Of a stretch of 64,000 bases of DNA, positions 12,365 through 25,809 are shown in pieces. Numbering within the stretch: the stretch's first letter is position 1; each line of letters starts with the position of its first letter. This stretch comes from Octopus vulgaris (taxonomy: Eukaryota): positions 46,066,001-46,130,000 of the forward strand of contig OX597819.1 in the NCBI GenBank assembly GCA_951406725.2. The letters are read 5' to 3'. Under the pieces are notes generated by a model. That model was not told the DNA's origin. It searched no databases and saw nothing but the letters and a program-made list of their open reading frames with translations. Made by a program: the position numbers and the translations under genes.

Positions 12365-13726
12365 TATGCCTCTATCTCTAAAGAACTGCTAGATAAAGCC
12401 CTAATCTTCGCTAGTGACTTCATAGAAATTAGCACCAATGATAAGGATATAATCTTCCATGCTAGAAAGACATTACTTTTCAGTGAGAATGCAAAGTGGG
12501 TAAAAAACACCGACACGGAGGGCGCTTTCGATGTGAGCATGGGTTCATATGATGGGGCAGGCATCTGTGATCTAATTGGACTCTTTCTCCTAGATACCTT
12601 CAGTAAGACATTCCCTAACGTACATTTCGCCATCTACAAAGATGATGCCCTCGCCTTAACAGCTAATACAAATGGACCAGCACAAGATCGTTTTAGGAAG
12701 GATATTATCCAGTTAATGAAACACTTCGGACTTAGTATAACTATAGACACTAACCTGACGGTTGTCAATTTCTTAGACGTTTCCTTAGATCTTAATAATA
12801 ATATTTATAAGCCTTATAGGAAGCCCAATGATAGACTAAGTTATATTAATGTAGGTTCATGCCATCCCCCTATAGTATTCAAAAATTTAGTTAAAAATAT
12901 TAGTAAGAGGATTTCTAGCCTCTCATCTAATGAGGACATCTTCAATAGCGTTGCCCCAGTTTATAATAAAGCTTTAAAAGATAGTGGTTTTAGCGAAAAA
13001 ATAAAATATACACCTATCACCAGCCCAACAATAAGGAAAAGGAATAATAGAAATAGGAAGGTCATCTGGTTTACGCCCCCTTACTCACCCGAGGTGGCCT
13101 TCAATATAGGTAAATATTTCCTAGCACTGATAGATAGACATTTTCCAGTTAACCATGCTTCTAGGAAACTCTTCAATAGACACAATTTAAAAATTAGTTT
13201 TAGTTCAACTACCAATTTTAAAAGCATAATCAATCATAACATACAAAAAACACAAGAAGAAAACAGCTATTCATGCAGGAATAAAGAATTGTGCCCGCTA
13301 AATGGAGCTTGCATGTCCAAGACCATCATATATGAAGCTACCGTAAACTCTATAACCACTAAAGACACCGTTTTGACGAAGAAATACGTGGGCCTGACAG
13401 AGGGTAATTTCAAGGCCAGGTTCAATAACCACACTTTGAGCTTTAGGCACTGGAACAAAAGAAAAGCGACACAATTATCCAATCATATTTGGTCTTTAAG
13501 AGATAAAGGTGTCGATTATAACATAGAATGGAAGATTTTGGCCAGATGTAAGCCCTATACTAACGGCAGCGGAAGGTGCGGTTTATGCGACATGGAGAGA
13601 TGGCTTATCTGGAAAAGCAGCTTAGACCCTACCACATGTCTAAATACAAGGACAGAACTTTTCGGATCATGCCGACATGTGACTAAATTTCTGTTACGTT
13701 TTTGGTCCCCTAAAGAAAACGGATAG
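12365..13726 (+). CDS. PLE reverse transcriptase (C-terminal part) plus GIY-YIG endonuclease; open frame, 5'-truncated
   Basis: Frame is open from 12365 (YASISKELLDKAL...FDVSMGSYDGA), then YKDD, NFLDV, YKPYRKPN, IWFTPPYS, CPLNGAC, IIYEATV...YVGLTEGNFKARFNNH, CGLC, LNTRTELFGSCRH. Confidence 0.9.
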   Translation, partial: YASISKELLDKALIFASDFIEISTNDKDIIFHARKTLLFSENAKWVKNTDTEGAFDVSMGSYDGAGICDLIGLFLLDTFSKTFPNVHFAIYKDDALALTANTNGPAQDRFRKDIIQLMKHFGLSITIDTNLTVVNFLDVSLDLNNNIYKPYRKPNDRLSYINVGSCHPPIVFKNLVKNISKRISSLSSNEDIFNSVAPVYNKALKDSGFSEKIKYTPITSPTIRKRNNRNRKVIWFTPPYSPEVAFNIGKYFLALIDRHFPVNHASRKLFNRHNLKISFSSTTNFKSIINHNIQKTQEENSYSCRNKELCPLNGACMSKTIIYEATVNSITTKDTVLTKKYVGLTEGNFKARFNNHTLSFRHWNKRKATQLSNHIWSLRDKGVDYNIEWKILARCKPYTNGSGRCGLCDMERWLIWKSSLDPTTCLNTRTELFGSCRHVTKFLLRFWSPKENG

Positions 13727-13920
13727 AACATGCTTTCTGTGTTATGTCCCAAGAAGATTTTATATATTTTTATATATTTTTATATATTTTTATGTATTTT
13801 TATATAATTTTTATGACGAAAAATGCGAGCGATGTATAAGTACGCAGGCAAAGCAGAGTTATAACAGAGTAATTTCCCTTCATTTTTAACGGTATTTTTT
13901 CATAACGTTTTCAAATAGCC

Positions 13921-13983
13921 AGATAACCGAAGAGATGGTGTTGTGGATTTCCACTTCGGCATCTGAAACTCAGAGTTTTATCT
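13921..13983 (+). ncRNA. Minimal hammerhead-like motif in Naiad-like pLTR
   Basis: Stem I agataa/ttatct, core CCGAAGA, stem II gatg/catc, GAAA-CTCAGAG-TT; inverted copy at 12153-12213 lacks 2 nt of stem III. Confidence 0.6.
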
Positions 13984-14079
13984 TGACTACCGAGTAATGT
14001 AACATATTGTATAGATAAATTTCCTCTATTTACATAATATTGAGGTCTCTTTCTTTCTTTTGTTATCTTACCGTTTTAT

Positions 14080-14130
<51 letters not shown>

Positions 14131-14299
14131 ATTTGCTTATCAACTTGTACGGGCGCTACTTATAAAATATTCTTCTCTAGGCGTAGGTCAGATTTGAAAC
14201 GACATTTTGACGTTAATAAATCTCATTCTACTTCGTAGACTAATTTACGAAAATTTTCTTGGAAACATTTAAAAAAGTGTTCAAAGTACAGTTTGTCGT

Positions 14300-14650
14300 A
14301 AGAGGTATACTGCAAACTGTAAATAGTTTAAATACCACGATAAACACACTAGTGGTGAGTACCAGAAAGCACAACGAAGATATACATTATATAAATAAAT
14401 ATTAACCAACCACCTACAGGTATGAAAGTTTTAGTCAGCAATATTAGTATAAGAAAATCCAATATATCTTCAGGCAAAGCAAGCAAAAAAATCACTTACA
14501 TCGAGCTGTACGTTGCCTGAAAAATGCACTAAAAGAGATTGGATCGAAAAAATTTTATATATGTAAAAATCAAAACAAACATACACACACACATATATCA
14601 ACATAGTGTAAGAAAGATCATCTGGTTCGACACAAAGTTTAGTACGAACT
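14300..14650 (+). pseudogene. Old Naiad-like RT C-terminus relic
   Basis: RKHNEDIHYIN, QPPTGMKVLVSNISIRKSNISS, KNALKEIG and RKIIWF are collinear with the younger ORF. Confidence 0.6.
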
Positions 14651-14659
14651 AGTAATCTC

Positions 14660-15094
14660 TTTTACTCGTTTACTCTTTTACTTGCTTCAGTCATTTGACT
14701 GCTGCCATGCTGGAGCACCGCCTTTTAGTCGAGCAAATCTAACCCAGGACTTATTCTTTGTAACCCTAGTACTTATTCTATCGATCTCTTTTGCCGGAAC
14801 ACTAAGTTACGGGGACGAAAACACACCAGCATCGGTTGTCTAGCGATGTTGGGGGACAAGCACAGACATACAAACACACACACATACATATATATATACA
14901 TATATACATATATACATATACACATATATATGACGGGCTTCTTTCAGTTTCCGTCTACTAAATCCACTCACAAGGATTTGATCGGCCCGAGGCTATAGTA
15001 GATGACACTTGCCCAAGCTGCCACGCAGTGGAAATGAACCCCGAACCATGTGGTTGGTAAGCAAGCTACTTACCACACAGCCAGTCCTGCGCCT
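14660..15094 (-). mobile_element. SINE family A
   Basis: Full head, body and tail similar to other family A copies. Confidence 0.85.
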
Positions 15095-15485
15095 ATGAAT
15101 GAAATGTCAAGATATTAAAAAAAAACGCATTTTCATGGACTATAAATATTTGTTTCAAATTCTGGGACGAGACCAGTAATGCCAGAAGAATGGGTAAGTA
15201 TATTCCACCGATGCCACCTGGTGGCGTTTGAACTCAAAACGTATAGTCGGAAGAAATGCCGCTCATCATTTTTTTTCCGGTGCGGTAACGATTGTGCCAG
15301 CTCTCTGTCTTAATGGGCAATTAATATTGGTTTCAAAATTTGGCAGAAGACCAGTAATTTAGGGGCAGGGATGAAGTCTATTTCATCGACCTAAGTTCTT
15401 CAGCTGATACTTATTTTATCGACCCCGAAAGGATGAAAAGCAAAGTCGGCCACGGCAAAATTATTATTATTACTATTATTACACA

Positions 15486-15587
<102 letters not shown>

Positions 15588-15831
15588 TCTGATATCTATG
15601 TGTGTATGCAAGTATGAATTCGCATGTGAGAATACAAGATACACAACCACAAAAATGTACAGTAAAATACTGAGATACATACATAAGTGGACACATGAGT
15701 TTGCATACGCAGATATCAGATTCATACACACAAATATGTGTACATGATTAATTGAGTAGGCATAAATGTCAATACACACACACACACGCACACACAACGC
15801 ACGTACATATGTATCCTCTTTTTTCCTCATT

Positions 15832-16242
15832 TTACTCTTTTTTTTACTTGTTTCAGTCATTTGACTGCGGCCATGCTGGAGCACCGCCTTTAGTCGAGCA
15901 AATCGACCCCGGGACTTATTCTTTGTAAGCCCAGTACTTATTCTATCGGTCTCTTTTGCCGAACCGCTAAGTTACGGGGACGTAAACACACCAGCATCGG
16001 TTGTCAAGCAATGCTAGGGGAACAAACACAGACACACAAACATATTCACACACACTTATATATATATATACATATATACGACAAGCTTCTTTCAGTTTCC
16101 GTCTACCAAATCCACTCACAAGGCATTGGTCGGCCCGGGGCTATAGCAGAAGACACGTGCCCAAGATGCCACGCAGTGGGACTGAACCCGGAACCATATG
16201 GTTGGTTAGCAAGCTACTTACCAAACAGCTACTCCTGCGCCT
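15832..16242 (-). mobile_element. SINE family A
   Basis: Well-preserved copy: cagtcatttgactgcggccatgctggagcacc...ctcctgcgcct. Confidence 0.88.
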
Positions 16243-16262
16243 ATATGAATATGTACATACGT

Positions 16263-16643
16263 TTTTACTCTTTTACACGTTTCAGTCATTTGATTGTGGC
16301 CATGCTAGAGCACCGCATTTATTCGAACAAATCGAAACCAATACTTAATCTTTGTAAGCCCAGTACTCATTCTATCGGTCACTTTTGCCGAACCGCTAGT
16401 TTCGGTGTCATAAACTACACCAACATCAGTTGTCAAACGATGGTGTGGGGACAGATACATACACAAAGACACACACACTTATAGATATACGACGGGCTTC
16501 TTACATTTTCCGTCTACCAAATCGATGCAGAAGGCTTTTTTGTCGACCCGAGACGATAGTAGAAGTCATTTCGCCAATGTGCCACGCAGTAGAATTGAAC
16601 CTGGAACCATATGGTTGGGAAGCAAGCTTCTTACCACACAGCC
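16263..16643 (-). mobile_element. SINE family A, older copy
   Basis: Diverged copy directly next to the previous one. Confidence 0.8.
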
Positions 16644-16652
16644 AATACACAC

Positions 16653-16756
<104 letters not shown>

Positions 16757-17086
16757 ATGCTTATCTTCTACAAAAACTTTTACACAGACATATAATATAT
16801 ATTAACACATACATACACATGCATATTTACAGACACATATATATGTGTGTATATATATATATATATATACATACTTACAGACACATATATATGTGTCTGT
16901 AAGTATGCATGTGTATGTATAAGTGTTAAGAAAGATATAGAGATGTAAAGATATATATATATAAACACTATCTGAGAGAAATTTTCTTTAAGTATTAGAA
17001 ATGGCTAAAAAATCTTTTTTGGGCTGCTATTTCTAATGAGTTCAGTATGTGGCAAAGTAATTTATTTTACTAAGCCCTTTTATACA

Positions 17087-17126
<40 letters not shown>

Positions 17127-17178
17127 ATGTATATATATGTATGTATATGTATATATATACTGATTGATAGATAGATAA

Positions 17179-17250
<72 letters not shown>

Positions 17251-17935
17251 ACAGACAGGCAGACTAACGGACATGCAGACAAACCGATAGACAGGCAGCA
17301 GGCAGTGAATTCGTATGATAGTAAGTGCGTAGGTAAGTAGGTAAGCATGTACGTGCGTAGAGGATAACTGGCAGAAAGATACAGAATGCTATGGAATAAA
17401 AGAGGTATAAGGTTACATTAATAAGTATGTAATCACTGATGGTGAATATTTCCTCAAGCTGAAGGGCTTGACAAAAAAGCCCATCAGATTCCATTCAACA
17501 CTACAACGAGGCATCCTGCATGAAGGAGAGTAACCGGAAATTAAAGCTCAAAATTTTGTCGCTTACACTAATGCACGTAAATATTAGTAAATTAATCTGG
17601 TGAAGATATTATCCCCGAGTGGTACGACGACTGACGCGTTTACACGTACTTATAATTGCGAAGTGTGGACAGAACACATGGACAATGTGTATTAATGCAT
17701 GCATGCGTTTGTCTATGTGGATAGGTCTATGTTTTGTTTGTATATGTGTGCGGGTGCGTATATATGTCTGTGTCTGTCTACGTATATATGTGAATATATA
17801 CGACTATATGTATAAACGTATATATACGTATATGCATTATATTTCTATATATGATTATGCATATATGTGTATATATATATCTATCTATATATATATATAT
17901 ATATAGATACACATATATAAATATGTATATATATG

Positions 17936-17973
<38 letters not shown>

Positions 17974-18286
17974 TTAATGTGTGTGTCTCTGTCTGCGTAT
18001 ATATCTCAATATATACGAGTAAAAGTATAAACATATATGTATTATATCACTATATCTGCATATATATATATATATATACATGAATGTATATACATGCACA
18101 TATAAAACTAATACTTCTGTATGTGTGTATACGTACGTGCGTATATATATGTTTAAAACATATATGGATGTTGATATATAAATGTGTTAATGTAACATGC
18201 ATGTGTATAGCTATATATATAAGTATAAATAGACTTAAGTAAGGATGTATATATATATATATATATGTATGTATATATCTATATCA

Positions 18287-18319
<33 letters not shown>

Positions 18320-18644
18320 AACATATGCATATATAAATATATATCTATGTGTATATATATATACATATATACATTATGTATATATAAATATATATGTATA
18401 TATATATCTATATGCATATATATATGTATATATATGTATATAAATATACATACATAAGACACAGAGTGAGAGGGTGAGATTGGCAAATAGATAGACACAT
18501 GGATAGATATGTATATACATATATACGTGTGTGTGTATGTGTTTGTGTAGTTGTTGGTCCACTGCTAGTCTTTTGCAAAGGAATCAATCAAATAATACGA
18601 ATCTTTTCTACTTGGATAAATACATAAATGCATAACACAGAAGG

Positions 18645-18751
<107 letters not shown>

Positions 18752-18835
18752 CTTGGATAGATAGATAGATTGATAAATGGACTGAATGATATATCCTGGT
18801 TTTATAATTATTTATGAATATATATAAATATATAT

Positions 18836-18885
18836 CAGGGACGTGCCGCCTAGGTAGGCAAGGTAGGTAGTGCCTACCTTGAATA
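18836..18885 (+). mobile_element. Possible DNA-transposon (hAT-like) terminus
   Basis: cagggacgtgccgcctaggtaggcaaggtaggtagtgcctacct: CAGGG start with subterminal repeats; no partner end found. Confidence 0.3.
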
Positions 18886-19133
18886 AAACATTATCGATAT
18901 CAACATTTTCCTTTTATGGCAAAATATGCACCTAATTCTATAAAATTATGAAAGTTACTCTGATTACTTTGCATAATATACAAAATATTTTTGTTTAAGT
19001 TAGGTAGTGATAACTCGCTCCTAACTTTTAATTTCAGTATTTAAACTACGCATACTACTGCTGTAGTACATGTGCTGTATATACTCCTACAACACCGTTA
19101 ATTAAATTAATATCTAATTTCTCACCCTCACTT

Positions 19134-19204
<71 letters not shown>

Positions 19205-19206
<2 letters not shown>

Positions 19207-19240
19207 TGGGTCATACCATACATAATAGGTTTTTTTATAT
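19205..19240 (+). mobile_element. Solo mariner-like TIR
   Basis: attgggtcataccatacataataggttttttt resembles the TIRs of 49136-50359. Confidence 0.45.
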
Positions 19241-19561
19241 TTTTATTTTTCAAAATATACAGAATCACATGTATACATATAACAATGTTGGGTTTCGGTG
19301 ATATATATTTCCAGCATATATTTAGATTTGATTACGTATATAAACTACAATATAATATACTCACTGCTTGGCTGTAACTATGCACTTTTGAATATGTGTT
19401 TGAGCTAGCCAGTGCAGCATTGGCTGTTTGAGTATACCGCATATTCTCAGAATTGTCTATAGGATTCTTGAAGCTTAGAAACATCTTTCTGTCACTCTAT
19501 CTTTCATTAAGCCTCCTCACCTCCTCACCTTCTCTCTATCTTACTTTCTGTCTCCCTCTTA

Positions 19562-19599
<38 letters not shown>

Positions 19600-20099
19600 C
19601 TATCGACTGATCGATCTATCTATCGGTCTTTCTCTTGCTTTATATATCCATTTTCGGTTAAATAAGTGGATTTACCGATGGAAATGCATTTGTTAGGAGG
19701 ATAAGAGCGGCAAAGCAATATTCACAAATCTTAATGTGCATCTCCGCGGAGGTAATAAGCTTGCTTCAAAACCATGTGTTTCCGGGTTCGATACTACCGT
19801 GTAGTACTATAAAATACTCGTGTCAATCACAGATATCTCAAATTTTGATTTTCTATGGTCAAAGCTGGAGCATTTTTATTTTCAGGCAATGGCTTGATGT
19901 CCACAAAGTGTTGATATGTATATTGCAGCCACCGTAGAAAGGAATCACTGCAACACAACAGTGTTGTTTAGCAGAGGGGCTTCCGGTACCCCAGGAGGTG
20001 AGTGCATCATTACTTGATCGGTTTCGTCCAATATCCTTCTTCATAGTTGAGGCTAGGTTATTTCATAACATGTTTGCATGAAAAATATCAAAACCTTTA

Positions 20100-21400
20100 G
20101 CAATGAATTTACTTGTGAATACAGATCCGTGTACGGTCCATGTCTGCCATTCCCAAGCTCAAATAATTTGGAACTTCGTTCAATATAAGATTGGAAGGAA
20201 AGAACTTTAGATTATCTGGCGTAGCTTGAAAAACCCATATGTATCATTATCCAATGTGCTGGTTGTTCATTGTTATTTTTGCATTCCAAGAGAGGTGGAG
20301 GAAATTGTAATGTGATGGACAGGCATATATATAGACAAAAACACAATTATGCGGTTTCCTCCTTAGGAATTCTCGATTAATACCAGGGAATGAATGTAGA
20401 CATGATGATGAAGTACACCATTTCTCAATTAGTCTTATTATTACTATTGCGGGTTGCAAGAATGAAGAGCAGAAGTCATTAAGGTATTCACACCAATTTG
20501 TACTTCTATGGGTGATATTGGCGCCATATTGGAAATAAAGAGTGAAGCAAAAACTCTTCTCACATATTTGTATGAACTCTTCAGTCAGTGTCAGTTGTAC
20601 TTCAAAGATTTTCTCAGAGATAATTTTACAAAAAATACAAAATCCCTCCATAAAGGGTGAACAGAAAAGAAGGCAGTAAAATAAAAAAAAAAAACTTGGA
20701 TTAGAAACTGGATTTAAGTTGCATTCATCGATCACAGTGTCGATGTAGTACTTGTAAATGATTTTACGAAGAGTACTGAGAGCGAGGTCACCTTGAAACA
20801 GTTTGCTAGAGACAGGTTGTTGTTGAGACAAGTTGTTAGAGCTATTGGCAAAATATTTTGTTAGTCTAAAAGGGTGCTTTCAAAGCGACCTTAGCCCGAT
20901 TTTCATACGACTACTAGAAGTATGCGTAATTTCATTAACAAAAACACCAGTAAGCAGAATGACAGATTGTGCTAACAATTTTATACGAAAATAATTAGGT
21001 TTTCCACCATGTTTTCCTGGGGCTAGACTGTATATCGCCACTGAATAGCTCCAGCTATCTTTAACATTACTGCTGGAGGGTTTAAGGGATCGAAACATCA
21101 CAACACATGATATTATGGGATTCGGAGAATCTCAATGTTCATGCATATTTGCCAAATTAACAAAAAGAAAATATAGTGTAGGAAATAATGTTGAAGTATC
21201 AGAGAGCAAGTGGAAATGTAAGGAGTGTTATATACACGATAGGAATCACGAGCGGAACTACGATAGATATGAAAGAAATAGTTAAGCTGCCGGGATAAGA
21301 AAGGCAAGATATTGTACTCGAAGAACTTCAACATATTGAATACACAAATAGAGTTACAAATAGAGTAGCTTTAGGGAGACAATAAGCAGGCACAGAGTAA
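20100..21400 (-). mobile_element. Highly decayed non-LTR (CR1/L2-like) element
   Basis: Non-repetitive stretch with weak RT-like remnants and a CR1-like 3' end (ttctttccttcc...tattgaacgaagttcc); motifs are faint. Confidence 0.35.
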
Positions 21401-21918
21401 AAAAAAAAAACAACAGGGCAACGAAATCATTCGTGTAGAATGTTGGGAAAATTGAAACCCGCTTGGTTACGAAACTGTGAGTGACATGCCTCAATCCCAA
21501 GCTAACATTTCATACTGGCGCCGGGGTAACACGACCGTTGCTAGGTACGAGGACTGTGCTTCGGCTGGGAATGTTATGGCAGCATGCAAGTTGCAACATA
21601 CAATATGTTTGGCGACATAAACAAGTTTTGAATATCCACATGCAAATAACATGCAACAGCGAAAACGGCATCAATAAAATGAGATACAACAAGTCGCACT
21701 ATGTTGTACTGAATATGGAGAGTGTGAAAGGACAATGCAGGAACATGGTAAAAGGAAAACCGATACCAACTTCTGCATGGTGGTCATTATTGAACATACA
21801 CACATGTATATATATACAATTGTATATTTATGCAAATATATACGTATGTAACAGAAGGAAGACATAGAGGTTTCTCATACAGACTGACAGATAGATGAAC
21901 AGGTAAGCAGACAGACAC

Positions 21919-21963
<45 letters not shown>

Positions 21964-22000
21964 TAGATAGATATACGGACAAACAGACAGACAGACAGAC

Positions 22001-22071
<71 letters not shown>

Positions 22072-22131
22072 TAGATAGATAGACAGACAGGTAGGTAGAT
22101 TGACAGGTAGGTAGATAGAGAGATTGATAGG

Positions 22132-22225
<94 letters not shown>

Positions 22226-23290
22226 TAGTAAGTTTCCTATAGATATCTTCATTCTATCTCGTTACTTTGTTGTGTGTAGATCAGTCAATGCATTGGAATA
22301 TATTTACTATCAGCTTTTGTATATCATTTTATTACCTTTTTTTCTTTTCTTCCCATCGCCCTTCTATGTATTCTTTTTCTTCTCCGTCTTCGTCTCCTTT
22401 TACAGTGAATCTACGCTCTAATATAAGGTTATTATGCTTGCCATCGATTTAACACACACGCACGTCGACTGATATATCTTTAGCATGTCACGTATAATGT
22501 ACAGCTTTAAACACATACAAACACAGACAAACACAAACGCATTTACACAGTCATAGATACATTGAGACACGCATAAAAAAAAGAGAAAAATACGAATAAA
22601 CAAATACTAACCACAGCAACAATAAGAAAAACAAGAATAACAGTATTAACAATAATAAAAACAAACTATAAACTATAATCTCAACCGTTAAGTCAATTGA
22701 CTGCACCAATTTATCTGGCCAGAAAAGTAAACGCCAGAAGGAAATCATGGCCGCTGATTAAGTTACAGGCGTGAATTTGTTCAATGTGACGAGATGAGAC
22801 GAAGGCAAGCGAAAGCCGTCGATGTTAACAGGCGAAGGAGGTGGAATATCACTGTATTCTGGGGGAATTAAGACGAATAATTGAAGAACGTTTAACGAGT
22901 GGACATCTTGAAATCAACCTTAAGCAAATATATGAAGATTCCATGCCAGACTGTAGCGTTACGCAGCGACAAAAATGGCGTATTAATGACTAGACTAAGT
23001 GGATGGCGCGCAAATGAGCAGAAGCTGACAACGTTTAAATAAGGTGTCTTTCGTCGGACACGAGTTTTAGCGTCTATTTATGTCGTTAGAGATACAATTA
23101 TGGATGAACACGGTAGGTATATATATATAGGAATGTCCTTATATCCATAAATATATATATATTATATTGTACATGTTTATGTATATATGGATGTGTTTAT
23201 TTGTGTCTGCGTGTGCGTGTGACAGTGCCGTAAAGGAAGATATGCTATCAAGACAGTAATAGTTGCTCTTCATATCAGAAATTATGTATG

Positions 23291-23350
<60 letters not shown>

Positions 23351-23450
23351 TACATATGCATAATGATCATACTTACATATAACATATATTATACACTTAT
23401 ACACACGCATATACATTCCCACGTATTAACACAATGTGTAATATATATTC

Positions 23451-23543
<93 letters not shown>

Positions 23544-23820
23544 TATATGTATATATACTTATTTATTTCTATCTATATGAAGAGGGATATATACATATAT
23601 ATGTGTGCATATGTGGTAAGTAAGATTTCAACCTCATATCAAAGAATTTCTACTGCAAACCATTCATAAGGAGTCAACATCAGTGGATGTTTCATAAATG
23701 AGCATAGGTTTAGTCAATCACAGAACGGCATGTGCGTATACACACATATACGAGCATGTTAGCATATTTGTGTGTGTATGTGTGTGTGTAGAAATATATA
23801 CATACATACATCCATATATA

Positions 23821-24885
23821 TATCTCTTATGATAAAAGGCAGATTTTCTCTGCCTGTTCCCATATTCCTTTTTAATACAATTCTACAATATAGAATTTCT
23901 TCAATTGGAATTTACCTACGATTTTTACAAGTAGATTCGATTGGGTCATGGCATATAAAGTTTTTTCAATTTGACCCCCAATTAAGCAAAAATTCGAGAA
24001 AAGTAAATATTTTACGATTTGCCTCTCTAATTTCAACTGCTTCACTCATGCTATTACCATAATTTCTCCTACTTTCTCTTTGCAAGTGTACCTTAAACCA
24101 CTACTCAAAAAAATACAGAGCAAACAGAAACAAATAAATACATAACGATTTACTCCTCACACAATTTCTTCAATTGGAGTTTACTTATGATTTTCCCAAG
24201 TACATTCCACTCGGTCATGGCAAATACATGTCTTTCAATTTCACCCCCAATTAAGCAAAAATTTGAGAAAACTCAATATTTTACGATTTCCCTCTCTCAC
24301 TTCAAAGGCTTTACTCCGCCTATTACTACACTTACTCCCACTTTCTCTTTACACACATGGACACGGAAACATATACATATATAACAGTGTCAATTGTTGA
24401 AAGAAAATTGTAAGCTAAGGTGTGTGTGTGTGTGTGTGTGTGTCTGTGTGTGTTTAACTGGGATGAGCCATTAATAGTGGTCGTCCTTTTTGCTAGAGGA
24501 AGATCCGCTATGGTCTTATATGCTACACCACTGGTTTTCAATTCATATTAATCAAATTAATATTAAATTTTCACCCTTATTATGTGTGTGTATTAGCAAT
24601 TCGTATAAAATTGCATCTGCCTGTTCCCATGTTCCTTTTTAATACAATTCTACAATATAGAATTTCTTCAATTGGAATTTACCTACGATTGGGTCATGGC
24701 ATATAAAGTTTTTTTCAATTTGACCCCCAATCAAGCAAAAATTCGCCACTTTTCGGTGTATTTCAACCAAAAAAATGTTCACTTGAAGAGAATAACAAGC
24801 TACATAATGTAAAATTTTTACTTTTCAAAAATTCCAATTCCAGCGGGTCGAAACAAACTCGAGCAACGCCGGGCGATACTGCTAG

Positions 24886-24886
<1 letters not shown>
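23821..24886 (-). mobile_element. Helitron/Helentron-like non-autonomous element with internal direct repeats
   Basis: Terminus actagcagtatcgcccggcgttgctcg (minus) is shared with 50402; internal duplication 23848-23997 versus 24617-24745. Confidence 0.65.
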
Positions 24887-24942
<56 letters not shown>

Positions 24943-24946
<4 letters not shown>

Positions 24947-25331
24947 AATTTAAAAAGGAATATGCACACACTATACGTAGTTTTAATATATTTTAAAATA
25001 TATTTTATGTTTGTCGACAGGCTTTGCTTTCGCTAATCATAACATTAAAATTATTTTATATACGTATACTCTTAAGAAAAAAAAATTTTGTCCATGTTGT
25101 GTGTGGAGTTTATGAATGATTCTACAAGCAGAAAAATCTAATTGATGATCGTTATTGTTGTAGGCTGGAGAGATAATTGTTCATCTCTCGGTGGAAGATG
25201 GGAATACGTAATTAAAATAATTTCAATGTCAGGATTAGCGAAAGGGAAACCGGTCCACAAACACAATATAAAATATATTTAAAAATATAATATAACTATG
25301 TAAAGTATGTGCATTTTCTTTCTTTAATTTC
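24943..25331. repeat. Foldback element with about 130-bp diverged inverted arms (PLE pLTR-like)
   Basis: 24943-25070 is the reverse complement of 25203-25331; the right arm contains GAAACCGGTC; (TA)n flanks. Confidence 0.65.
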
Positions 25332-25506
25332 TTATATATATATATATACAACTCAATACGTGGAGATAATCAAAATTGCTCCCTTTCTCTTACTATATAT
25401 ATATATATATATATACATACATACACGCACACATCAGAAAATAAGGGAACAAACGAATAAACGGCTGGCAAAATTTATCAGCAAACAGCTGTTTCTCGTG
25501 TTCGTG

Positions 25507-25572
25507 GCTTCGATGAAGCTATAGGACTCAACTACGACTCCACTACATCTTATAGCAGAAACAGCTGTAAGC
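25507..25572 (+). ncRNA. Hammerhead-like motif
   Basis: gct-TCGATGA-agctatagg...cttatagca-GAAA-CAGCTG-TA-agc: stems I and II pair, and stem III is a palindrome. Confidence 0.65.
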
Positions 25573-25755
25573 TAATGAAATCCATTATATAATCCTTTAT
25601 TCTTTTGTCATCCTACTCTCTTATTGCCGCTCTGTAATAGATGAACGCTTCGTTCTGAAGCATACATACTTACACACACACACTGACACACACGCACACA
25701 CACTGACACACACGCACACACACAGAGACACACACAGACACATATATATATATAC

Positions 25756-25809
<54 letters not shown>

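Larger units (their letters stand above)
12119..14082 (+). mobile_element. Naiad-like PLE, 5'-truncated, with inverted pLTRs
   Basis: RT plus GIY-YIG ORF flanked by about 245-bp inverted repeats (12119-12363 and about 13770-14016); unique 3' tail to 14082; (TA)n on both flanks. Confidence 0.92.

Noticed and set aside
12365-13760. Selenoprotein-type Naiad (in-frame UGA plus SECIS)
   Set aside because: Some Naiads are reported to encode selenocysteine, but this frame has no internal TGA and ends in TAG. The missing 5' part cannot be assessed.
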